Shown: in pieces, positions 1-9,700 of the stretch
Layout: the number at the start of each line of letters is the position of its first letter
Numbering within the stretch: the stretch's first letter is position 1
IMG/VR virus record: IMGVR_UViG_3300044724_001500
Location: 1-24,607 of that record
DNA: 24,607 nucleotides
From: a virus
Lineage: Duplodnaviria; Caudoviricetes
Reading direction: 5' to 3' (one strand)
Translations under genes and position numbers: made by a program
Notes under the pieces: model-generated
Databases searched by the model: none
What the model was told of the DNA's origin: nothing
Seen by the model: the letters and a program-made list of their open reading frames with translations, nothing else

Positions 1-3000
1 GTCCAAATAGACCCGTTTTGAGACTTGAATAGAGATCCAGCGCCATACTGTCTAGCGTAAATAACGCCTTCTACGTTTGGAAGAGTAGACGTGTTTACAG
101 TCTTTTCTCCCATTCTTGCAACCCAGGCTTCGTATTGATCGGTGGAAGGAGCAAGAAGAACAATAGCGTATTCTGTATTTGGTTCGAGATAAATTGGTGC
201 AGGGAATGTTACTCTTGTGGGAACATCTGCTGTTCTTGAAGTGTTAATTTGGTCTGGTTCAAGAGTTACTACAGAATCTTCATTGACGAGTTGTCTTGTT
301 GGAGTTCCCAACTCCATTGTTCTCAACTGAATCTCAAGTGGAGAAGCGGTATCTTTATTGCCCATAAAGATATCGACAGAAGTAATATATCCACCAGTAT
401 TGTCCGTTGTAAAGGACTGAGCAAGAGGATCGTAGAACTGAACAACGGTTTGTGTGATAGTTCTAATGATACCAGTCGCTCTGTAAGAGGCTTCGGCAGA
501 ACTAATCAGAAGACTACCGGGAAGAGGTTCAGCATTTGTGGAACTAGAAGACAGTTTATAAGTCTTTGTTCCAGTTGGGAATCTCAGAGCAGGAGCAGGA
601 ATGCTATTTGGATTTCTAAAGAAGAACGAACCAATAATCGTTCCATAGTTATCAGTTACAATTCTATTGTTGGTAATAGTTGCCTGAGCCTGACTCGTTC
701 TACCAACAAGTCTTCCACCAGTTACAATGTAACCAGAATATGAACCACCAGCCTGAGCAGAAAGAGCATCAATGTCAACGTTTACCAGAACAGAAGAACT
801 ATTATACGCATCAAGAGAACCCATGAGGAGAGTTCTGTCATAAGGACTTACATCATATTTTCTGGTAGGATTGTTAAAAGGTCCTTCTTTGTGGTTTTGT
901 TGTGCTACTCTAAAGGAAATAGTTCTATTTCCAGCAGCATCAAATCCATCTACAGTTTCACCAACTTGGAATGTTCCAGCTACGGGTGTAACTTCGATGA
1001 GTTTGGGAATCCAGTCAAGACCACCAACACCATCAAGGAATTGATAGTATCTTGTGAATGGTTTGAAACCAGTTGTCTTATTCTTAACGTTTCTGGATCT
1101 AATCCATGGATCAGCAACATCACTTACAGAATTGCTAACAATTGTTTGACCTCTTCGATGAGGATTTGGAACTCTAGCAAAACCGCCACTTCTAAAGATA
1201 GTTGTAACCCAACTATCAACAGCTGGTGTTAGTGAAATAGATCCAACCCACTCAATCAAGTTAAATGGGTTTACATTCTCAACTCTTGTTGCCAAAGGTT
1301 GCTCGATCCAGGTTTCTTCCTGATAAGCGAGTTGAACTTTATTTCCTCTCTTAACAACGTTAGAATCGATAAGGTCAATATTAGCACTGTAGTCAATTAG
1401 AGAATCAGCAGCAGTGCTAGCCGTTGCAACTTGAACGGGAATTGTTACCGTGGTATCTTCTACGATCAGTTGCTTCAACTCTGTATCAACAGTGATACGA
1501 GTATCCTCCATGCTGTAATCAATGAATTCCTGATTCTGGAAATCATCTGCAAAGAATCCAGACTTAAATCTAGTCAGACCTTGATCATCAACAACTTGGA
1601 AAGTAGAAGTATCCAGTTCTAACAGAGAAAGGGATGTTGTAATTTCTAAGTTTGAAAGTCTGTCATCAAGATTGCCAATATCGCGCATCGTATAACGACG
1701 ATTGTCGATAGTAGTAATTTTTACATCAGTTACATCATAAAGGTAAGGGGGATATTCAATGATAGCAATATCCATTGCCTCTTCAGAATTAAGAGGTGTC
1801 TTAGGTGTATCGCTAGGGGCTCCTTTAATGATTTGGAAATTGCCATCTTTGCCAAGGACAATTCTGTCAATTCTTCCTTGATAGTAGGAATAATCTACTA
1901 AAGAAGTTTCTCCAGACTTGGGAACAAGAGTAGTTGTATTTCCAGAAGCATTAAATGCTCTACTTGCAAACGAGAATGGAGAAGACGTTTCTACAGACCA
2001 GGATGTAACTCTAGGTCTGAAGTCAAGAGTATCAGTTAATCTAATTTCCTTGAAGGATCCAGTCTGTCTATCGAAATACTCAGATGTTGGAATATACTCT
2101 TTGTATTGAGAAGCAGCATACGAACCAACAGTAAATACATCTCCAGTATCTACACTAGGAACTGTATAATGATCGTATACGATAACCAGTCTCTTGGAAG
2201 CAGAAGGCTTTCCTGTATTTCTTACGATTCTAGAGAAATCGCAGAATTGTTTTCTGTGTCCAGTGTCAAGAGTATAATTGGAAGTTACGTCAACATAAGA
2301 TCCAAGATTTACTTCTTGAATTGTTCCAACAATGTTAGATTCTAAGAACTTAACATCCTCATTTACTTGGAACTTGGAGGAGTTCAGATATACAAATTCA
2401 ATTGTAGTAGAGTTGGATCTTGTTACAATTTGTGCAAGTGCTCCACTGGTTCCACCAAGAATGTATTCCCCAAGGACAGAATTGACATCTAAACCAAGAC
2501 CAGTTTGGAATACCAAATTGTCAAAGGAAGGATCATTAGATCCATTGGATTGATAGACCGCAACAAGATTGATTGCATCGGGGACGTTGAAAGAGATTTC
2601 TTTATCTTCAACTCTCAGACCGTAGAACTTATTATAGGTGAGACCGTTATTTACTCCAGTAGAGATTCCTGAACTGGCAAGATTGGAAAGTCTTACATAA
2701 CGCTTAGCACTTCTTGTAAAGTTCTTAACTTTATTCTTAATTCCTCTCTTCTTAAGAGTAGCAGTTACAACGATATTGCTTTGTGAACCAGTAAGACCAG
2801 AAATGTTCAGAGTCGTTGCATCATTAGTCAATGAGAATTGTCCAGCCGTTAAGTCGGCAGTGTTTCCACCAGAGTATGAAACTACGAATCTATCGGGATC
2901 ATAAGTTTCAAAGAAAGCACTGGTGATTCCAGATGCAGATGCATCAATGGAAAGGAGTCCACTTCCATCAGTGGATTCACCAGTGAACTGATGAACAATG

Positions 3001-5099
3001 GAAAGATTGGATGTGCCAAGATCTACTTGAGATACGTTTTGCTTACCTATTGGAGTAAACAAATAAGCATCTTGTGGATTTGTGAATTGTGGAACCATTT
3101 CCTCAATGGTATAAGTTCCACTAGAAGCGGGAAGTCCACCATCACAAACGTTGTTGACGGTTGTGACACCAGATAGGGTCATTACCAAACCATTGGTGCT
3201 GACATTTGTTACTCTAGCAAAAGTTGGTAGAGCCTTGTTTACGTTTTGGAATCTGATGATTGAATCGGTAGAGACACCACTAAAAACTCTACCAGGGCTT
3301 CTAACAGTGGTTAAACCAGTGGCACCATTATTGCTGAAACTTACACTATCAGTAACTTTAAAACCAAGAGGAGTTCTAGCAGACATAACTACGTCTGCAG
3401 AGAAGTCAACGGCGTAGCCAGACACTGCACTAGTGTCTTGCCATACGGAGTGGATATCTTTTGTAGTAAAGGTTCTAATATTAATAATCGATCTAGGGGT
3501 CTCCGTTACACCATTAATTCTAATGGTTTCACCCTCTTGGAAAGTTCCCGAAACCTCAGACAGTGAGATTGTTCTATCACTAGCAGAAGCAGCTGTTACA
3601 ACGTAACCACTAGCACCACTGCTGAGTCCTTCGATATAGGATGTTGCGGGAATACTTACTACATCTCCTGCAACGTTTAATGTGATCTGTGTGTATGTCT
3701 GAACATCCCACAGTTGAAGATTAAATACAGTCTCATCTCCAGTGTAGTTCTGATCGTCTGTATTAATTGCATACACTCTTGCTTGACCGATCAGAGTGGC
3801 ACCTGAGGGCGCTGCAGAGGCGACTCTAGTCGTTTTACGGAGGTTGTACAGATTAACGACTTGAGTGGCATTGAGGGCGACTACAGGTTGTCCTACGACG
3901 TTATTAACCTTAAGGACGTTACCCATATTGAAGGGAACGTTCGTTGTTGTTGCCTTTGTATCTCTTGGTTTCGATACGTCAATAACTTTGGTTCCAAAAT
4001 TATTGATATCATAACCTCTAACATATGCCTTTCCAGGACCAATCGTAACAGAGGCTAAATTGTCTGAAGGAGTATTGCCACTATAAGATTTTTGACTGTC
4101 ATAGAACAAACCGCTGTTTCCTTTGCGATCGTTTAAAGTTTCTCTGACGCCAATCTCAAAATCTTCTACGGAGTAATCTCCAGATTCATCATAAGTTCTC
4201 TCAGCAAAGTAATCTCTAATAAGATTGTACTGAGTCTTTGTTCCGATTTTTTCAACTCTACCTTCAGTGAGTCTTAAAATCTCAATAAATGTCTTGTCTT
4301 CCCTATCAGTGATACTCTTCTTGGAAAGTTTCAGTTCGATCTTGAATCGATCTGCTCCAGGCGCAGCAAAGTTTGAGAATCCTCTAGCGTTATCGTATAA
4401 AGAATCATCTTCTTTAGCAGTTACGATAGTTTCGATTACATCCAAACCAACTCTGTACTCGGGTTGGTTAGTATACTGATCAAGAATAAGAGTTTGCTTT
4501 GCTACCTGTGCAAAGATACCTCTTACAAAGTAAATACCAGCATCGATGTGAGCTGCACAACCAATCGCTGTTGCTCCAGACGCGATACACTGGGCAAATG
4601 TAGAACCACCAGTAATTGTGGTATTACCGTAAGTTACATCCTCTTCAGCAAGAAGAATTTCACCATCTTGGAAAGAGGCTACACTTAGAGCAGTTCCAGA
4701 CTGCTTATACTTGACATAAAGAGTTAGTTGATTTTCTTCAGAATCAGAAGCTTGAAGAACGTTTACAACTGTTGCCGTGATCTGAGTTGTTTGTCCTTTG
4801 ATTGTTTTTCCAATGAAATTGTCAACGTAAATGGATACATCGACACCAACATGGATTGGATCAATCTTGACAGCGTAATACTGATCATCAAAAGACGCTG
4901 CTCCAGGGATGACTACAGATCCGTCTTTGAAGATATGATTACCAAACTGTTCTACTTGATTCTGTAGAATAGATTGGATATTGTTAAGTTCCCTGGCTTG
5001 AATGGGATATCCAGGTTTGAATAAGACTCGGTAGAAATCCTTATCAATGCCGAAGTCATCATAGTAAGGACTTACATTCAGATTCGTCTTTTGTGGCAT
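1..5099 (-). CDS. Large virion structural protein, VrlC-like / DUF4815 family (3' end truncated by window edge, at least 1699 aa)
   Basis: Manual translation from ATG at 5099: MPQKTNLNVSPYYDDFGIDKDFYRVLFKPGYPIQARELNNIQSILQNQVEQFGNHIFKDGSVVIPG, the N-terminus typical of cyanophage VrlC-like proteins. The same frame reads GSLFKSQNGSIW at the left edge. It is missing from the ORF track, consistent with no stop inside the window. It lies 4 nt downstream of gp8, the usual position. Confidence 0.9.
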   Translation of the reverse strand, partial: MPQKTNLNVSPYYDDFGIDKDFYRVLFKPGYPIQARELNNIQSILQNQVEQFGNHIFKDGSVVIPGAASFDDQYYAVKIDPIHVGVDVSIYVDNFIGKTIKGQTTQITATVVNVLQASDSEENQLTLYVKYKQSGTALSVASFQDGEILLAEEDVTYGNTTITGGSTFAQCIASGATAIGCAAHIDAGIYFVRGIFAQVAKQTLILDQYTNQPEYRVGLDVIETIVTAKEDDSLYDNARGFSNFAAPGADRFKIELKLSKKSITDREDKTFIEILRLTEGRVEKIGTKTQYNLIRDYFAERTYDESGDYSVEDFEIGVRETLNDRKGNSGLFYDSQKSYSGNTPSDNLASVTIGPGKAYVRGYDINNFGTKVIDVSKPRDTKATTTNVPFNMGNVLKVNNVVGQPVVALNATQVVNLYNLRKTTRVASAAPSGATLIGQARVYAINTDDQNYTGDETVFNLQLWDVQTYTQITLNVAGDVVSIPATSYIEGLSSGASGYVVTAASASDRTISLSEVSGTFQEGETIRINGVTETPRSIINIRTFTTKDIHSVWQDTSAVSGYAVDFSADVVMSARTPLGFKVTDSVSFSNNGATGLTTVRSPGRVFSGVSTDSIIRFQNVNKALPTFARVTNVSTNGLVMTLSGVTTVNNVCDGGLPASSGTYTIEEMVPQFTNPQDAYLFTPIGKQNVSQVDLGTSNLSIVHQFTGESTDGSGLLSIDASASGITSAFFETYDPDRFVVSYSGGNTADLTAGQFSLTNDATTLNISGLTGSQSNIVVTATLKKRGIKNKVKNFTRSAKRYVRLSNLASSGISTGVNNGLTYNKFYGLRVEDKEISFNVPDAINLVAVYQSNGSNDPSFDNLVFQTGLGLDVNSVLGEYILGGTSGALAQIVTRSNSTTIEFVYLNSSKFQVNEDVKFLESNIVGTIQEVNLGSYVDVTSNYTLDTGHRKQFCDFSRIVRNTGKPSASKRLVIVYDHYTVPSVDTGDVFTVGSYAASQYKEYIPTSEYFDRQTGSFKEIRLTDTLDFRPRVTSWSVETSSPFSFASRAFNASGNTTTLVPKSGETSLVDYSYYQGRIDRIVLGKDGNFQIIKGAPSDTPKTPLNSEEAMDIAIIEYPPYLYDVTDVKITTIDNRRYTMRDIGNLDDRLSNLEITTSLSLLELDTSTFQVVDDQGLTRFKSGFFADDFQNQEFIDYSMEDTRITVDTELKQLIVEDTTVTIPVQVATASTAADSLIDYSANIDLIDSNVVKRGNKVQLAYQEETWIEQPLATRVENVNPFNLIEWVGSISLTPAVDSWVTTIFRSGGFARVPNPHRRGQTIVSNSVSDVADPWIRSRNVKNKTTGFKPFTRYYQFLDGVGGLDWIPKLIEVTPVAGTFQVGETVDGFDAAGNRTISFRVAQQNHKEGPFNNPTRKYDVSPYDRTLLMGSLDAYNSSSVLVNVDIDALSAQAGGSYSGYIVTGGRLVGRTSQAQATITNNRIVTDNYGTIIGSFFFRNPNSIPAPALRFPTGTKTYKLSSSSTNAEPLPGSLLISSAEASYRATGIIRTITQTVVQFYDPLAQSFTTDNTGGYITSVDIFMGNKDTASPLEIQLRTMELGTPTRQLVNEDSVVTLEPDQINTSRTADVPTRVTFPAPIYLEPNTEYAIVLLAPSTDQYEAWVARMGEKTVNTSTLPNVEGVIYARQYGAGSLFKSQNGSIW

Positions 5100-5103
5100 C
5101 GTC

Positions 5104-6669
5104 TTAGAATTCCAGAATTACCTTAATGTCTTCTTTTTGGCGAGAATTACGAGTAACAGAAGTTCTGTTATCCAAATACAAGATCTCGCCCGTCCTCTTA
5201 TTTATTTCGGGATTTGCAAGTCCTGAAGTGAAATTCACTCCAAGATTTACAGTTCTATTGTTAATGATCGTTGTGATTCCAGAGAATCCAGTATCTACAG
5301 ATCCACTAAAACCACCAACAGTAGTTACTGGTTGAGCGGATGCTGCAAAAGCGAGTTTTTGACCTTCGCTAGAAACACCAACATAGTCAGTTTGATCACC
5401 ATAAATGGGGCTGAAGTACAGCGATCTATCTTGATAGTATTTCAGAACGCTTGTTTCACTATCGTAAGATGCAACATATCCAACGGCAGTGGACGTTCCA
5501 ACAACTTGACGAATCTCATCTCCAATAGCAACAGATCCAGAGGTGCTGGTCAATTTAATTGCGCTAAGATTTGAATACTGATTCGCAGTATAAACGGTTG
5601 TAGATCCAAAAGATGTTGGGTTCTTTACAAGTCCAATTTGTGCAAAAACCGTATCAACTGGGAAGTCTTTTGTCGAATCATCAAATCTTGCATAAAGAAG
5701 AACTTTATCTGCCCCCAGTTCCCTATACAGATCATATCCATGCCCTCTAGAGGGAGGAATGATGGGAACTAATTTTGCAAGTTGAGAAAGTGTGCTTCCT
5801 TGCAGAGGCCCAAGATCAACGATACCGTAAGAGTATCCTTGGCCACCCTGAGAAATTTGAACATCAGTAATTCTACCCGATGTGTCAGTGCTGACAACGC
5901 ACTTTCCACCAGTACCATCACCAAGAATGTCTACCTCTCTGTCTAATCCGACACCATATCCAAAACCAGCATTCTCAATGTAAACTTTTTTCAATTGGTT
6001 ATTATTAATGGTCGAATCACCATTTTCTCTTACCGATTGAATCTGAGAATTTGTTGAACCGCTCCAGTTTCCAGGAACAGAGATATACTCTACTGAGTCG
6101 AACTTAATGATATCTGATGGATCAACGGTGTAAAGGTACTTCCAGACATAGCCATCTCCACTATCACCTGCTTTTGAGGGTTCGAGGTCAGTGAAAGTGG
6201 GTTCGTCTTGTGAAGCATTGCCATTAGGGTTAGTACCGCTGGATCCGTTGTCGATGCAGATGTAGACCCTGTAGTCTGAGTTGATGACATAATATCTTGC
6301 ATCGTATAAACGTGCTGAACCAGTAATAGGAGAAGGATTCGTTACGCTGTAGTCATGACGATACATCTCATAAGTAGTTCCTTGAGACCAGTTGACCCTA
6401 CGGACCAATCTTCTAACGTTAGCAGATGTGATCTTTTTACCAAATAGCATCGTATCATACGAATGATTCGTATAATTGATGTTATCGACTGGAGAAGGAG
6501 CTCCAGTGGTAGCAGTATTCCAATCGCTAGTTCTACCAAAACCAATGGCTGGCGAAGTCGGATTCGATAACCCTAGGAAGATGTAGAATGAATTGTCAGA
6601 ACTTTCAATTGACGAAACAAAATTGTTCGCATTAAAAATTCTAAATTGATCAGTTACTAGCGCAGGCAT
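5104..6669 (-). CDS. gp8: Baseplate wedge subunit (T4 gp8-like), 521 aa
   Basis: Motifs VRRVNWSQGTTYEMYRHDY, YYVINSDYRVYICIDN, DGYVWKYLYT and C-terminal GEILYLDNR...RQKEDIKVILEF; position after gp7; late promoter upstream. Confidence 0.92.
   Translation of the reverse strand: MPALVTDQFRIFNANNFVSSIESSDNSFYIFLGLSNPTSPAIGFGRTSDWNTATTGAPSPVDNINYTNHSYDTMLFGKKITSANVRRLVRRVNWSQGTTYEMYRHDYSVTNPSPITGSARLYDARYYVINSDYRVYICIDNGSSGTNPNGNASQDEPTFTDLEPSKAGDSGDGYVWKYLYTVDPSDIIKFDSVEYISVPGNWSGSTNSQIQSVRENGDSTINNNQLKKVYIENAGFGYGVGLDREVDILGDGTGGKCVVSTDTSGRITDVQISQGGQGYSYGIVDLGPLQGSTLSQLAKLVPIIPPSRGHGYDLYRELGADKVLLYARFDDSTKDFPVDTVFAQIGLVKNPTSFGSTTVYTANQYSNLSAIKLTSTSGSVAIGDEIRQVVGTSTAVGYVASYDSETSVLKYYQDRSLYFSPIYGDQTDYVGVSSEGQKLAFAASAQPVTTVGGFSGSVDTGFSGITTIINNRTVNLGVNFTSGLANPEINKRTGEILYLDNRTSVTRNSRQKEDIKVILEF
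5199..5206 (-). promoter_or_regulatory. Putative T4-type late promoter AATAAATA inside the gp8 3' end, upstream of the VrlC-like gene
   Basis: Plus strand tatttatt at 5199-5206 matches NATAAATA; 100 nt upstream of the ATG at 5099. Confidence 0.55.
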
Positions 6670-6693
6670 TTTGAATCTAGTTTCCTATGGTGA

Positions 6694-6701
6694 TATTTAT
6701 A
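6694..6701 (-). promoter_or_regulatory. T4-type late promoter TATAAATA for gp8
   Basis: Exact T4 gp55 consensus in the 34-nt gp7-gp8 intergenic gap, 25 nt upstream of the gp8 ATG. Confidence 0.85.
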
Positions 6702-6703
6702 CG

Positions 6704-9700
6704 TTAGTTGGATACTTGTTTTTTGAGAGCACCAGAGTTTCTTAATCCAAACCCTCTTCTTTGGACGATTGGGTATGTAGATAGTCCAGCACTTGTGGTG
6801 TAGGAGGAAACTGCGAAAGCAACAGATGTTGACTCTCTAGAACCTTGACCAATTCTTCCCCAAGAGAAGCGGCCAACAGGTACGTTTAAGGTTCCTGTAG
6901 TGGTAAGACCAGTTGTATCTGTTGTGCTGAGAATGTTGCAAGTAATGACACCGACGTTGGAGTTTCTGTAAATTCCAGCAACTTTGTAAACAGCATCTGC
7001 AAATGTTGTACCGATACCGACTGTATCAGTATCTAGGACATCAACTGCAGTGATTCCAGATCCAACTGTTGTATCATAAACATAAATTGGATATCCAACA
7101 ATCAGAGAATCCAATTCAGCAGTGGATACCAAGGAATTTGTGTAATCTGTTTGGAACTCGATAGCAACAGTTGCTCCTCCAAGTCCACTCACCGTAGTAA
7201 TTCCGGTAATAACGCCAACATAACCAATAATAACGTCTGCACTATTAAGTACATCTTTCTTCACTGTGTTATCTGGTACAAGAACTTGTGGGGGAACCGT
7301 ATATCCACCACCAGCATTGTAGATGTCAACACTGGTGATAGAACCACCACTAATAATTCCTCTAGCAACAGCTGTTGTTCCAACACCAATGATTCCATAC
7401 TTAGCATTATCGACTCTGGGGGGAGCAGCAATACCAAGTGCTACAGAGGTTCCAGCATATCCAGAACCACCGCTAACAATATCAAATGTCAATGTACCAT
7501 CACCAGCAACCAAAGCAGTAATAGAAGCGCCAACATTTTCTGTCGGATCGATGATGATCAGATCAGTGGAAACAGTTGTTCCTGCAGGAGCTCCATCAGC
7601 ATATTCTTCATATTGGAAGAATCTTGCGTTATCAACAAATATATCTGTTGCTCCTTCCGACAAATCTCCAATGAGTCTTGCTGTTGGATAAACAAGTCCC
7701 TCAAGAGAATCTCTAGTCTTGTAAATGATCTCTGTGTTTACGATCTTATCGGCTTTTTGCTTTCTCCAGTCAAGAGGTCTGAATACAGTCTCATCTATTC
7801 CCTGATTGATGTAGATATTTGTGGTAATCTTATCTGCAGAGGCAATTTCTTGTACTAATCTAGAATCCTGTGTTACAGTTCCATCATTTTGACCAAGTTT
7901 TCTGAGAGTTACAGTATCTCCAGCCTTAATTGTTTCAGACTGTGATGTCTGTGCGCTATCAGTTCCAGCAGTTCCTCTATAGAAGAAGATTTCAATATCA
8001 GATTCTGGACTAGGAGCCTGGGTAAAGGCAAAACTTGTACCACCATCAAACTCATACGCAACGCCAGGAACTTGAATTACTCCATCAACAAAGATGAGTA
8101 GAACATTGGCAAGATCAATTGCTGCAGAAGATGCAATTTCTGGATCTTTTTGGAAACTCAGTAATTGAGCATTCTGATAAAGTGGGAATCTTCTTCTAGT
8201 TCCATTTTGGAGATCCTTGATAGAATCAATATAATCAATTTGACCGAATTGCCATGCACTGAAACTATCAGTGTATACAGACTCTACAGTCAATTCAAAC
8301 TCTGTGAAGGAAGAACCAGCACCGATTGCACTAACAAGTCCAACAGGTCTGAATACATCACCAATTCTAAATCCATAACCAGGATTATTAAGAGTAAATC
8401 CATTAACAAAGTGATATTCATCATCAACTGTAGTTGTTCCTGCACCAACCTCAAGAGAAATCACACATCCAAATCCAGTATCGGTTGTAGAACCAATTCC
8501 GAGTCTAGATACACCTTCAATAATCATGTTGGAATAAGTTGGATCGGGAATGATCACTGCAGGCTGATTATATCCAACTCCAGGATTGTCAATACTAAGA
8601 GATAACGTTCCTCCAGCACCGACTGTCGCACTAATTACAGCACCATAACCAGTTGTTCCGCCAACTCCAGTTCCAAGATCTGTAATTGCTACAGATACTG
8701 GACCTCTGTAACCAGAACCATTGTTCAGAGAAACATTGTGCTCATAGATTGTTCCAGAACCAACATAGTCGTGACCTATAGTGCTAATTCCAATATCAAC
8801 CGAGAAGATAGTTGTTGATCCAACACCCACAACTTCAAAGACATGACCTCTTGTTCCATCTGGGAAGATGGTTGTTGTTACACCAGCGTGAGCCGCAGCA
8901 CATTCAAATTCAAGTCCAATCATGTAGACTTGCTGACCAGTTCCCGTAAGTCCATGGGCAGAAGTTGTAGTAACTTCCATAACGCCCGTGTTGTTATTAT
9001 AAGATGCTGTACTAATAGAGAGTGCAGTTCTACCAAGTGTCGTTCCAAATCCAACAAGGGATTCGATTGTTCCACCGACGCCAGTGATTGCTCTGTATTG
9101 AGCACCAACTAGAGGAGCAACTCCAGTTCCACCAGTGCTTCCGAGAGAAACGATAATTCCACCTCTGGGAATTTCATTAGTGTTGACATCTGTCTCAGAA
9201 ACATATGGAGATCCATCTACAAGTCTTACTCCATTGAATACTGCACTGGTGACACCAGATACTGTTGATTCGAGGGTGTAAGATTTTCCTGTATTGTTGA
9301 GAGTTGTGGGTGCTTGGAAAATTCCATTCAAGAATAGAACACTGCCACCAGTTTCAAATCCAACGGGATTATCATCATCAGTTCTAAGTGTAAATGTTCT
9401 TGCCAGACCAGTGAATTGGTTGGAAACATCAACGAACAGAGCATTATTTGTATAGTTTTGTCTCAGGTATACTCTACCACCAAATGTCGAGTTTGCTGGC
9501 GAAAGATTGAACTCATTGAATTGTTCTTCTGAACCAGTTCCAGCGGGAGCATTTGTAAAGTGAATACTATTTCTTACAATGTTGTAAGATCCTCTATAGA
9601 TCTTTGCAGTATCTCCATCTGCCTTAGCGGAAGCCGCAGAACCAACAGCACCTCTTAGAACATTGACTACGTTAAATGTGCCAATTCCAGAAATGTCTCC

